A DNA stretch of 64,000 nucleotides from an uncultured Candidatus Saccharibacteria bacterium. Its GTDB lineage: Bacteria > Patescibacteriota > Saccharimonadia > Saccharimonadales > CAZARM01. Numbering within the stretch: the first letter of the stretch is position 1; every line of letters begins with the position of its first letter. Where the stretch lies: NCBI GenBank assembly GCA_964487615.1, contig CAZARM010000005.1:182-64181 (forward strand), written 5' to 3'. Below, in pieces: positions 18,100 through 27,115 of this stretch. The position numbers and the translations under genes were made by a program. A model generated the notes under the pieces. The model did not search any database. It worked only from the letters and a program-made list of their open reading frames with translations, and had not been told where the DNA came from.

Positions 18100-18963
18100 A
18101 TGAACCATGTACCAGTACTAGTTGACGAAGTTTTGCAGTACCTAGACCCAAAGAAAGGGGAATCATTCCTGGACCTGACGGCTGGTTACGGCGGACATGC
18201 CGAGCAAGTATTGGTACGGACGAAATCCAAAAACGCAGTGCTTGTGGACCGTGACGCGAAGGCGGTCCAAGAGCTAACCAAGCGTTTTAAGGGTTTGGCA
18301 ACAGTGCTTCATACCGATTTCTTAGACGCCGCACAAAAATTGCGCGTCCAAGAGAAGAAGTTTGATTGCATTCTAGCTGATCTGGGAGTTTCGTCGCCGC
18401 ACCTTGACATCGCAAGCCGTGGGTTCAGTTTACGGGCAGAAGGCCCGCTGGACATGCGGATGGACCAAAGCAGTGATCTGACTGCCGCCGAGATCGTAAA
18501 TAGCTACGAACTGGAGCAGCTAGTCAGTATTTTGCGGGATTACGGGGAAGAACCCAAAGCTCGCAAGATAGCCCACGATATTATTGCTAATCGGCCCGTC
18601 CAAACCACCACTGAGCTTGCCAAAATCGTTGCCCGTTCATGGGGCGGCCAAAGTAGAGTCCACCCGGCGACCCGAACGTTTCAAGCACTTCGAATCGCTG
18701 TTAACGACGAACTTGGCCAGCTAAAGGCGGCCTTGCCCATCTGGCTAGAGCTGCTTAATCCCGGCGGACGCTTAGTAGTTATTAGCTTCCATAGTCTGGA
18801 GGATCGCTTAGTTAAGCAGTTCTTCCAAGACCACAGTGGGAATCGCTATGACGCCGAGGCTACGCTACTGACTAAAAGGCCCATAACGGCTGGCAACGCT
18901 GAATTAGTTTCCAATCCGCGTGCCCGCAGTGCAAAATTGCGTGCCGTAGCAAAACAAACATAA
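18100..18963 (+). CDS. rsmH: 16S rRNA (cytosine1402-N4)-methyltransferase
   Basis: HVPVLVDEVLQYL ... DLTAGYGGHAE ... DLGVSSPHLD ... ISFHSLEDRLVK are canonical RsmH motifs. Confidence 0.95.
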   Translation: MNHVPVLVDEVLQYLDPKKGESFLDLTAGYGGHAEQVLVRTKSKNAVLVDRDAKAVQELTKRFKGLATVLHTDFLDAAQKLRVQEKKFDCILADLGVSSPHLDIASRGFSLRAEGPLDMRMDQSSDLTAAEIVNSYELEQLVSILRDYGEEPKARKIAHDIIANRPVQTTTELAKIVARSWGGQSRVHPATRTFQALRIAVNDELGQLKAALPIWLELLNPGGRLVVISFHSLEDRLVKQFFQDHSGNRYDAEATLLTKRPITAGNAELVSNPRARSAKLRAVAKQT

Positions 18964-19116
18964 ACAAAGGAGAAGGGCATGCCTATCCAGGTAAAAAACC
19001 TTTCCCGAGCTTACAAAGTTAAGGTCCGCGTCAGCAGACCCTAAGACTTAGATGTAAGTACCCAGCCCCTGGCAACGGGGGCTGGACCAAAAACAAAAAT
19101 AAAAGAAGAAGCAAAA

Positions 19117-19464
19117 ATGACGTACTCTAGTTCTATGGCGATGAACCGCAATCGGTTCAGTAATCGCAACCAAAACACCATGAGCTTTAAGGCCCAAGAA
19201 CGAAGCTTGGGACCCGTAAGCAACACCATCATGCTGATTGTGCTGGCATGTGTACTGGGCCTTCTGTATTTGACGCAGGTTACTAAGACAAATGCCTACG
19301 GCTACAAGATTAATGAGCTGCAAAAGCAACAAACTAGCTTGCAGACTGAGCATGATGAGCTAGAAGTATCTTCAGCGCGTTTGCAATCATTAGAGCGTAT
19401 CAAGAACAGCGAAGTTGCCAAAAATTTAGTTTCCGTAGCTAGCTCTGGCACCGTAGCTAACTGA
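19117..19464 (+). CDS. ftsL: Cell division protein FtsL-like (bitopic, coiled coil)
   Basis: 115 aa. One TM (IMLIVLACVLGLLYL) followed by a coiled coil. Located between rsmH and ftsI. Confidence 0.7.
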   Translation: MTYSSSMAMNRNRFSNRNQNTMSFKAQERSLGPVSNTIMLIVLACVLGLLYLTQVTKTNAYGYKINELQKQQTSLQTEHDELEVSSARLQSLERIKNSEVAKNLVSVASSGTVAN

Positions 19465-19582
19465 TTTTCAAAACCACAATTTCCAATTTCATTCAATTTA
19501 TCAGAGAATCATTGTAAAATAAGTTTTAGGATTTGAAAATTAAACATTAAACGCGAAAATTGTAAATTGGTAATTCAAAATT

Positions 19583-21382
19583 ATGCCCCCAGACGCTGCT
19601 GTTAGGCAACATAGTTCCTTGAACCGCATACGCATCTGGTATGCGGTGTTATTGCTATTCTGTGGGTTAGTGGTCGTCCGGCTGTTTTATCTGCAGGTTA
19701 TCAAACACCAGTACTACCAAACGGCAGCGCTGTCCGGACAACTCAAGGAATATGAACTACCGGCCCAAAGGGGTATCATAGAAGCCCACAACGGTGATCA
19801 AGTGATGCCGTTAGTACTCAATGAGGTCAAATATACGCTGTTTGCTGACCCAAAGTTTATTAAAGATCCGGCCAAGTCGGCTAAGGCCCTGGAAGCTGTA
19901 ATTGGCGGGAAGGCTGATGACTACGAAGCGGCCATGAAAGCCAGCACTCGCTACGCTGTTCTGGCCAAAAAGTTAACCAAAGATCAAAAGACTCAAATCG
20001 ATAAAGCTAGCGACGCCGAAGCCAAGGATCTGCGCGGGCAATCAAACGCTACCTACCTCTGGAAAGGTATTGGAACCAGAGAGGTTTCCTACAGGACCTA
20101 TCCACAAGGACAACTGGCCTCGCAAGTCCTGGGCTTTGTCGATGACGAAGGGCAGGGGAAATATGGCATTGAGCAGTTCATGGATAAAGACTTGCGCGGT
20201 ACGCCGGGCTTACTCAAGGCCATTACCGACGCCAGCGGTGTGCCATTGGCGGCGAATCGAGATAACGTAAGTATTGAGCCTAAAAGCGGGGAACGCACCT
20301 TGCTGACTATCGATTTGGGCTTGCAGCAACGACTAGAAGACATACTCAAAACAGGGCTGGAAAACGCCAAATCCTCCAGTGGTGGCGCATTAATACTTGA
20401 GGCTCAAACTGGTGCTATTAAGGCTATGGCCAACATGCCAACCTATAACCCAGGTGAATTCTTTAAGATAGACGATGCATCGGTGTTCACTAACGGCACA
20501 GTTAGCTCTCCGCTAGAAATTGGCTCTGTCATGAAACCGCTGACGACAGCAGCTGCCCTGGACCAGGGCGTTATCAAGAAAGACACGACGTACTATGACC
20601 CGGGTTTTTGGCAGATTGGAGACGCCAAGGTCACAAACATTGAGGAAGTAGGTGGGGCAGGGACCAAGAGTATCGCAGACATCCTGCGCCAGTCCCTAAA
20701 CACGGGGGCTACCTGGATGCTAATGCAAATGGGGGGCGGTGAGATAAATGAAAAAGGCCGGGTGGCCTGGCATAACTACATGGTTGACCACTATGGTTTT
20801 AGCAAGCAAACTGGAGTCGAGCAAGGCTATGAGGACGGGGGGTTTGTGCCCGATCCAGTTAACGGTTTTGGTCTTAACATCCAGTACGCAAACACTGCGT
20901 TCGGTCAGGGCATGAGGGCCACACCATTACAACTCGGGGCAGCCATCGCCTCGGTAGTCAATGGTGGTACATACTATCGACCGCGGTTGGTGGACAAAAC
21001 TGATGACGTTGTCCATGGCCCAGATATTGTCCGGCGTAACGTTGTCAGTCCCGCTGCTGGTCGCTCAACACGCGAGTTAATGGAATACGCCTTTTCTCAG
21101 AATTACCGCGGTTATGGCCTAGCAAAGCTGCCGACTCAATATTCTATTGGTGGCAAGACCGGTACGGCCCAGGTTCCCAAACCTACCGGCGGCTACTACG
21201 AAGATCGCTATAACGGTATGTTCATGGGCTTTATTGGGGGGGATGACGTCCAGTATATTATTATTGTCCGTGTCGACGTGCCAAAGATAGCTGGTTACGC
21301 TGGAGCAAAGGCTGCCGGGCCGATCTTTAGCGCCCTAGCGACCATGATGATTGATAATTTCGGGGTAACACCCAAGAGTTAG
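19583..21382 (+). CDS. ftsI: Penicillin-binding protein 2/FtsI-type transpeptidase
   Basis: N-terminal TM and PBP dimer domain. The transpeptidase motifs I can point to are SVMKP (SxxK) and KTGTA. dcw context. Confidence 0.9.
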   Translation: MPPDAAVRQHSSLNRIRIWYAVLLLFCGLVVVRLFYLQVIKHQYYQTAALSGQLKEYELPAQRGIIEAHNGDQVMPLVLNEVKYTLFADPKFIKDPAKSAKALEAVIGGKADDYEAAMKASTRYAVLAKKLTKDQKTQIDKASDAEAKDLRGQSNATYLWKGIGTREVSYRTYPQGQLASQVLGFVDDEGQGKYGIEQFMDKDLRGTPGLLKAITDASGVPLAANRDNVSIEPKSGERTLLTIDLGLQQRLEDILKTGLENAKSSSGGALILEAQTGAIKAMANMPTYNPGEFFKIDDASVFTNGTVSSPLEIGSVMKPLTTAAALDQGVIKKDTTYYDPGFWQIGDAKVTNIEEVGGAGTKSIADILRQSLNTGATWMLMQMGGGEINEKGRVAWHNYMVDHYGFSKQTGVEQGYEDGGFVPDPVNGFGLNIQYANTAFGQGMRATPLQLGAAIASVVNGGTYYRPRLVDKTDDVVHGPDIVRRNVVSPAAGRSTRELMEYAFSQNYRGYGLAKLPTQYSIGGKTGTAQVPKPTGGYYEDRYNGMFMGFIGGDDVQYIIIVRVDVPKIAGYAGAKAAGPIFSALATMMIDNFGVTPKS

Positions 21383-21405
21383 GGTATAATGATATTTAAA
21401 TTACC

Positions 21406-22452
21406 ATGACACAAACACTATCGCTTTCCGTCGAAACTGAAACTATTATTAGAATCCTGCTACTGGGCTTCATCGGTTTTGCCTTCAGTATGCTGATCAC
21501 ACCAATCTACACGACCCTGGCTTATAAGTACGAGTGGTGGAAGAAGCAACGTTCATCGGCCTGGTCTGGTGGCATCGCTACTGTCTATCAGAAGCTTCAT
21601 GCCGAGAAACATAAGCGTAATATCCCGACGATGGCCGGGATTATTTTTGTGGTCGCCGCCGGCATCGTTACCTTGCTATTTAACCTCGACAGGGGAGAAA
21701 CCTGGCTGCCGCTGGCTGGAATGGTATGTTCGGGGGCTATCGGTTTGTTTGACGATATTATCAACATTCGCGGCGGCAACGGTGGAATCGCTGGCATGAG
21801 GCCCAAGATCAAGTTTATCCTCCATAGCTTGGTGGCTATCGCCGGGGGCTTGTGGTTCTTTGCCAAGTTGGATGTCACTAGTATCCATGTGCCAGTGGCG
21901 GGAGAAGTCCAGGTAGGGATCTTGGTGGTAGTGTTGTTCTGGTTTGTGGTAGTAGCAACTGCCAATGCAGTGAATATAACTGATGGGCTCGATGGTTTAG
22001 CTGGTGGCCTACTGGTATCTTCATTTGCCACCTACGCTGTTATCTGTGTCATGCAACAGCAGTACTCCTTGGCAGGTTTTTGCTTGACTCTTGTTGGGGT
22101 GCTGCTCAGTTACACCTGGTTTAACATCTATCCGGCGCGATTTTTCATGGGCGACGTGGGATCGTTTGCGATGGGAACGGCCCTGGGTTTTATTGCTATG
22201 CAAACTGACACTGTCTTCATATTGCCGCTTATTGGATTGGTCTATGTGGCCGAGACGGGTTCAGTTATCATAAACCGATTGTCAAAAAAACTACGCCATG
22301 GCAAAAAAGTCTTTAAGTCTTCGCCAATCCATCACCACTTTGAAGCCAGTGGCTGGCCTGAGACCAAGGTCACTATGCGTTTTTGGGTTATCGGCCAGGT
22401 TGCCAGTGTACTGGGCCTGATTGTCTTCCTGGTGGGACGCGTATCAACATGA
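21406..22452 (+). CDS. mraY: Phospho-N-acetylmuramoyl-pentapeptide transferase
   Basis: Polytopic protein with NAVNITDGLDGLA and MGDVGS motifs. Confidence 0.95.
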   Translation: MTQTLSLSVETETIIRILLLGFIGFAFSMLITPIYTTLAYKYEWWKKQRSSAWSGGIATVYQKLHAEKHKRNIPTMAGIIFVVAAGIVTLLFNLDRGETWLPLAGMVCSGAIGLFDDIINIRGGNGGIAGMRPKIKFILHSLVAIAGGLWFFAKLDVTSIHVPVAGEVQVGILVVVLFWFVVVATANAVNITDGLDGLAGGLLVSSFATYAVICVMQQQYSLAGFCLTLVGVLLSYTWFNIYPARFFMGDVGSFAMGTALGFIAMQTDTVFILPLIGLVYVAETGSVIINRLSKKLRHGKKVFKSSPIHHHFEASGWPETKVTMRFWVIGQVASVLGLIVFLVGRVST

Positions 22453-23675
22453 GACCGCAGTCGCGCCGACGCCCAGTCATGGTCGGGCAGGCGAGTGCCA
22501 AGCGACGTCATCGACCAGATTACATGCTGGTCATCATCTCTACAGTATTAATTGCACTAGGTCTGATTGTGGTCTATGCCATCAGCCCAGGATTGAGCCA
22601 ACAAAAAAACGTCTCTGAAAATTACTTTGTAAGCAAGCAGTTGTTAGCGGTTTTGATTGGCCTCGTGGCATTTGGGGTGTGCGCTAATGTACCCATGTCT
22701 CGCTGGAAGTCGCTACTGAAGCCATTAGTAATAGTCGCCGGTGTGGCCACTGTGGTAGCGCTGTTTATGCCGGCAACGGCCGAATATCCAGCCCACCGTT
22801 GGATTAGGGTTGGTGGTCTGTCGCTGCAATCAGTTGAATTGGTAAAGTTTGCATTGCTCCTAGGGCTGGCTTACTTTCTGAGTGACAGAATCCGACAAGG
22901 TAATCTAGATGATCCCCAGAAGACCTTTAAACCGCTACTGATCATTATGGGAGCCCTGGCAGTGATTGTGGCGTGGGCTCAGAAGGATTTGGGCTCCACC
23001 GGAGTGCTGATAGCCATGATGGGCATCATGGTTTACGTGGCTGGGCTGCCATTTAAGAGATTAGCATTGATTGGTGTAGTGGTCGTCACAGGGGTCCTGC
23101 TGTTAGTATTACCAGTAGCGTACCGCAGAGACCGTGTCTTTACGTTTCTAAATCCGGAGAAAGACTGCCAAAACGACGGATATCAAGCCTGCCAGGCCCT
23201 GATTGCCGTCGGGTCAGGCGGCTTGTTTGGCAAAGGACTGGCTCACAGCGTGCAAGCTTACGGCTACTTACCAGAGGCCGCCAACGACTCAATATTCGCA
23301 ATATTCGCCGAGAAGTTTGGTTTTGTAGGAGTTAGTCTACTTGTTGGTTTGTTTGTGGCGTTTTTCACCCGGGTGAAAAACATCATGGAGCGAGCGCCGG
23401 ACATGATGACTAGGCTGATATTGGCCGGAATTTTGGCCTGGCTCAGTACCCAGGCGCTGATCAATATCGGGGCTATGGTGGGGCTACTTCCGCTGAAAGG
23501 CATTACGCTACCATTCATTAGCTACGGAGGCACGAGCATTATCTTTGTCTTGGCTAGCGTAGGCGTAGTATTTAACGTTTCCCGGTATACTACTTATGGG
23601 GTCAATAACGTCGAAAATGAAGGAAAATCCAATGACCGACCAGGCATCCGGGCCGTCCGTTACTCCAACCGCTAG
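22449..23675 (+). CDS. ftsW: SEDS-family peptidoglycan polymerase / cell division protein FtsW
   Basis: ATGA overlap with the mraY stop. SEDS motifs (PAEYPAHRWI, GKGLAHSVQAYGYLPEAANDSIFA, LPLKGITLPFISYGGTS). Confidence 0.9.
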   Translation: MRPQSRRRPVMVGQASAKRRHRPDYMLVIISTVLIALGLIVVYAISPGLSQQKNVSENYFVSKQLLAVLIGLVAFGVCANVPMSRWKSLLKPLVIVAGVATVVALFMPATAEYPAHRWIRVGGLSLQSVELVKFALLLGLAYFLSDRIRQGNLDDPQKTFKPLLIIMGALAVIVAWAQKDLGSTGVLIAMMGIMVYVAGLPFKRLALIGVVVVTGVLLLVLPVAYRRDRVFTFLNPEKDCQNDGYQACQALIAVGSGGLFGKGLAHSVQAYGYLPEAANDSIFAIFAEKFGFVGVSLLVGLFVAFFTRVKNIMERAPDMMTRLILAGILAWLSTQALINIGAMVGLLPLKGITLPFISYGGTSIIFVLASVGVVFNVSRYTTYGVNNVENEGKSNDRPGIRAVRYSNR

Positions 23676-24828
23676 AACTATCATCCTGACAGGTGGCGGT
23701 AGCGGTGGCCATATCACACCCTTGCTAGCCGTGGCCCATGAGCTGAAGAAGTTAGAACCTCGGTCACGAATAATTTATGTTGGTGAGCGCCATGGCAAGT
23801 TTGCGCATCTAACAAAAGGCCAAACCGACATCGATGAAATCCACACCGTATTCGCTGGCAAATTCCGACGCTACCACGGCGAATCATGGCTGACACGGGT
23901 TACCGCCGTTAAGACTAATCTACTAAACCTCCGCGACGCGGTGTTTGTGGGCATTGGCTTTCTACAGAGTCTAGCATTGCTGCGTCGCCTCAAACCGAAC
24001 GTTATTCTGCTCAAAGGTGGTTATGTCGGCGTACCGATTGGCTTAGCGGCGGTGGTCGGCAAACGGCCTTTCGTGACTCATGACTCGGACGCTCTACCAG
24101 GGTTGGCAAATCGGTTGGTCAGTCGTTGGGCGCGAGTCCACGCCACTGGTATGCCGGCTGAGTACTACAACTACCCCAGAAATACGGTTCGGCACATTGG
24201 TGTTTTGGTTGTCGAGGACTACCGACCGGTGACACCTCCTATGCAAAAACAATACCGGATTGACCTAGGCGTTTCACCAGCCTCAAAGGTCCTGCTAATA
24301 ACTGGTGGCAGTCTAGGGGCTCGGTCGCTAAACCTAGCCATGGTTAAAATTGCTCCAGAGCTACTACAGCAGTTTTCGGACCTACATATTATTCATCAAG
24401 TAGGGAAGGGTAATAGCAAAACCTACGGTGAGTACACCCATCATCGCCTACAAGTGCTGGAGTTCCTAAAGCCACTGGCAACCTACACCGGCGCGGCAGA
24501 CATTGTGGTGACCAGGGCAGGGGCCAACACGCTGGCCGAGCTGGGAGTGCAGGGCAAGGCCTGCATTGTAGTGCCAAACCCCTTACTAACAGGGGGGCAC
24601 CAGCTCAAGAATGCCGAGTATTTATCACAACATAAAGCTGTAGAAGTGGTCGACGAAGCCAAAGTTAACCGCAACCCAGAGTTTCTCCAAACTGCAATTC
24701 AAGAGCTGCTGCAGGACAGCCTTAAACGGCAAGCTTTGGGAGCCACACTTCGTAAACTCACCGTTCCTGATGCCGCCCAGCGCCTAGCTTTGATATTACT
24801 AGAGACCGGGACCCAGCAGACGGGGTAA
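23632..24828 (+). CDS. murG: UDP-N-acetylglucosamine--N-acetylmuramyl-(pentapeptide) pyrophosphoryl-undecaprenol GlcNAc transferase
   Basis: TGGGSGGHITPLLAV and a C-terminal GT28 domain (TRAGANTLAEL). ATG 23632 has a GAAGGA SD and overlaps the end of ftsW. Confidence 0.9.
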   Translation: MTDQASGPSVTPTARTIILTGGGSGGHITPLLAVAHELKKLEPRSRIIYVGERHGKFAHLTKGQTDIDEIHTVFAGKFRRYHGESWLTRVTAVKTNLLNLRDAVFVGIGFLQSLALLRRLKPNVILLKGGYVGVPIGLAAVVGKRPFVTHDSDALPGLANRLVSRWARVHATGMPAEYYNYPRNTVRHIGVLVVEDYRPVTPPMQKQYRIDLGVSPASKVLLITGGSLGARSLNLAMVKIAPELLQQFSDLHIIHQVGKGNSKTYGEYTHHRLQVLEFLKPLATYTGAADIVVTRAGANTLAELGVQGKACIVVPNPLLTGGHQLKNAEYLSQHKAVEVVDEAKVNRNPEFLQTAIQELLQDSLKRQALGATLRKLTVPDAAQRLALILLETGTQQTG

Positions 24829-24837
24829 AATAAGCCA

Positions 24838-25722
24838 ATGTTCAAAAATAAAAACCGCCAAAATTCGAATGTCCGTCGAGTGCAACAGCGAACTGATAAT
24901 ACCCCAGTTTTTTCCTACTACTCCAGCCGCTCGCGCAGTGAGAACACTGTTGGACGCCTGCAACTGCCCTCACCAAAGTTTAATTGGCGCCTGATCCCAA
25001 CATACATTGCGGTACTAGCTTTAGTCGTCAGCTTTTTATACGCTTCTACGATAGACATGAACCCACGTATATTACATAGCCAGCCAGCTGATGCCGCATT
25101 ACTGCAAAGTGATAAAACCTACCAAACGGCTGCTAGGGAGGTGTTAAAGAGCTCGCTTTTAAATCATAGTAAACTGCTGGTAAACACCAAACAGCTAGAA
25201 CGCCGGCTGAAAGATCGTTTCCCCGAGCTACAAGAAGTGTCAATTACCATCCCGCTGGTTAATCGGCGGCCCATCGTAGCCTTTGAACCAGCGACTCCGG
25301 CACTCATTCTGACCAGCGGCAGCGATAATTACGTCATTGATAACCACGGCCAAGCTATACTAGCTACCCAGAACCTGCTGGCCTACGAACGCTCCTTGCC
25401 ACACGTTACCGATGACAGTGGCTTGTCAGTTACGCTTGGCAAGGCTGTTCTGCCCTCTGACACGACGCGGTTTATTAACGCTGTACGGGGGCAACTGGTG
25501 GCTAAAGGTCTAGAGATCGAAGCAATGACATTGCCGGCCGTTCCTAACGAACTACAAGTACGAGTAAAGGGAGATGGCTACTACAGCAAGTTTAATGTAC
25601 TGGGCGATGCAAGGGGGCAGGCAGGGACCTACCTGGCAGTTAAAGACAAGCTGGCCGCACTCAAGGTCAAACCTGCTGAATACGTCGATGTACGGGTAGA
25701 AGAAAAAGCATTCTATAAGTAG
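24838..25722 (+). CDS. ftsQ: Cell division protein FtsQ/DivIB-like (POTRA)
   Basis: Basic N-terminus, one TM, POTRA-like region. Last gene of the dcw cluster. Confidence 0.7.
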   Translation: MFKNKNRQNSNVRRVQQRTDNTPVFSYYSSRSRSENTVGRLQLPSPKFNWRLIPTYIAVLALVVSFLYASTIDMNPRILHSQPADAALLQSDKTYQTAAREVLKSSLLNHSKLLVNTKQLERRLKDRFPELQEVSITIPLVNRRPIVAFEPATPALILTSGSDNYVIDNHGQAILATQNLLAYERSLPHVTDDSGLSVTLGKAVLPSDTTRFINAVRGQLVAKGLEIEAMTLPAVPNELQVRVKGDGYYSKFNVLGDARGQAGTYLAVKDKLAALKVKPAEYVDVRVEEKAFYK

Positions 25723-25756
25723 TAGTGTATTGGCCAAGGATATCTTTGCGTCTTCC

Positions 25757-25837
25757 GATGCCCCCGGGCAGGGCATACCGCTCCTCAACGTAGCAATGGC
25801 TACGCTTCCTTCGCCTGACGCCCGGCCCACGGGCACC
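25757..25837 (-). ncRNA. Candidate small structured RNA: 81-nt extended hairpin with SRP(4.5S)-like internal loop; identity unconfirmed
   Basis: On the minus strand, GGUGCCCGUGGGC pairs with GCCCGGGGGCAUC (13 positions: 12 pairs including 2 G-U wobbles, plus 1 G-G mismatch). Also GGGC/GCCC and an 8-bp apical stem with a CAUU loop. GUCAGGCGAAGGAAGC resembles the SRP motif GUCAGGUCCGGAAGGAAGC. The canonical GNRA tetraloop placement is absent. Confidence 0.35.
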
Positions 25838-26065
25838 AGTCACAGTTTCGAAACTGAAAAGGATCCTTAACCAAGCCCCATGCTCCTCCACTCTTCCCTA
25901 ATAGTTCGTAAATTGTTCATGTTTGACTATAACTGATTCAATTGAATAAACTATACCAACATAGCAAAGTAGGGAAATGTCAAATATAAGTAGTTAACCC
26001 CATAAACAGGGAAAAGGAAGTTTTAATAATAGTTAACGTGAAAAAGCAAATGTTTTCACGGCAGG

Positions 26066-26075
26066 TGTGGATAAC
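26066..26075 (+). promoter_or_regulatory. TGTGGATAAC (perfect DnaA box, site 2 of 3)
   Basis: Exact 10-mer inside the 735-bp non-coding region after ftsQ. Confidence 0.45.
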
Positions 26076-26370
26076 TTGTGAGCAATCGCACAACGACATG
26101 AGGGCCGGCAGTAGCTAAAGGACATTATGTCAGCACATACCAGACATCAGGTTATTATAAATGTGCAGTTAGGCTGTTTGGCACTATCTTGTTCCCTGCA
26201 GAAGAGGTAATGCTAATCATCTTTGATTATTAATAAAGAGTCGCAAAATACACATTGTGCGACCTGCATTGTATGTTCGCTTTGTGTGCACTGCTTCGTC
26301 TTCTATGTTTAGTTTTTCTGCACTTTCCTAAATTAGTTTTTGATTTTTGTTTTACGCTTCACTGCTGCCA

Positions 26371-26399
26371 GGCATACAAATAGGTAAACCATGTTTACC
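26371..26399 (-). terminator. Probable intrinsic terminator of the minus-strand operon 28150-26459
   Basis: GGTAAAC/GTTTACC stem (26383-26399) followed on the minus strand by UAUUUGUAU. Confidence 0.45.
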
Positions 26400-26458
26400 T
26401 TCTTCCACCTCTAAGTTACATTCTGAGCGTTCGTAATTTGTACAATCACTCAAAATTT

Positions 26459-27106
26459 CTAAACTGTTAGATCAAAACGATCATGCCCTACATCTAGGAT
26501 GCGTAGTTCAGGCCCCGCAACTGTTTCTACCTGAGCTTGAATGCCTAACCCAGGGCGGCCATATGGCGCCATCGACCCCCATGCCTTGACTTTACCGGGC
26601 ATTGTAATTCCACCCAATGTGTAAACAGTAATTGGTCGTCCAAAAAGGGGCAATTCAGATTGAGCGCGCTGCAAGGCATCATGTGCTGGATGAATCAGCC
26701 TGGGGCTGGCGTTGAGTGCGCGTTCTACAGCACCTGCCAAGTAAGGTAATCCAGCATCATCACGGCTCCCTTTATACGCAAGGGTTTTCGTTGCACGCTC
26801 AACAGCGGCATTAATTACATGGCAAATGCCTTGTTCTAGGGAAAGACCATGAACGGCGCGTTGCAGAATGTCCAGATCTCTCAAGGTGTCACTGTCAAGC
26901 TCACTGAACCCTTGGCCTGCATAATAGTCCGCTAGTTCTCTGTATAACTGCATTGCCGGGTCAATACCAGTAAATACGGCCCTTTCAAATTCAGCTTCAC
27001 CCCGACCCGCTTCATAAATGGGCTCGACGTCAATGGTGCGATTATCGGCAACCACTTGGTCAAAATACGCCGTTAGGTCAAGTTGTTCTTCGTGAGGAGC
27101 AGTCAT
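26459..27106 (-). CDS. Hypothetical acidic protein, co-transcribed with the sigma-r4/HARE-HTH gene
   Basis: 215-aa ORF starting 9 nt after the upstream stop. No recognisable domain. Confidence 0.55.
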   Translation of the reverse strand: MTAPHEEQLDLTAYFDQVVADNRTIDVEPIYEAGRGEAEFERAVFTGIDPAMQLYRELADYYAGQGFSELDSDTLRDLDILQRAVHGLSLEQGICHVINAAVERATKTLAYKGSRDDAGLPYLAGAVERALNASPRLIHPAHDALQRAQSELPLFGRPITVYTLGGITMPGKVKAWGSMAPYGRPGLGIQAQVETVAGPELRILDVGHDRFDLTV

Positions 27107-27115
27107 AGGAGAATC

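Noticed and set aside
17940-19116. CRISPR-like or tandem repeat array in the CAAAAA-rich tracts.
   Set aside because: The tracts are low-complexity A/C-rich sequence with no fixed repeat unit, no spacers and no cas genes.
21597-22031. Long antisense or alternative-frame ORFs inside well-supported genes. Examples are 21597-22031 in mraY, 35797-36282 in der, 45633-46121 in the DUF3048 gene, 54014-54652 and 39321-39803.
   Set aside because: They lie entirely within genes with strong homology signatures, have low-complexity or Arg/Ser/Pro-rich translations and lack an RBS.
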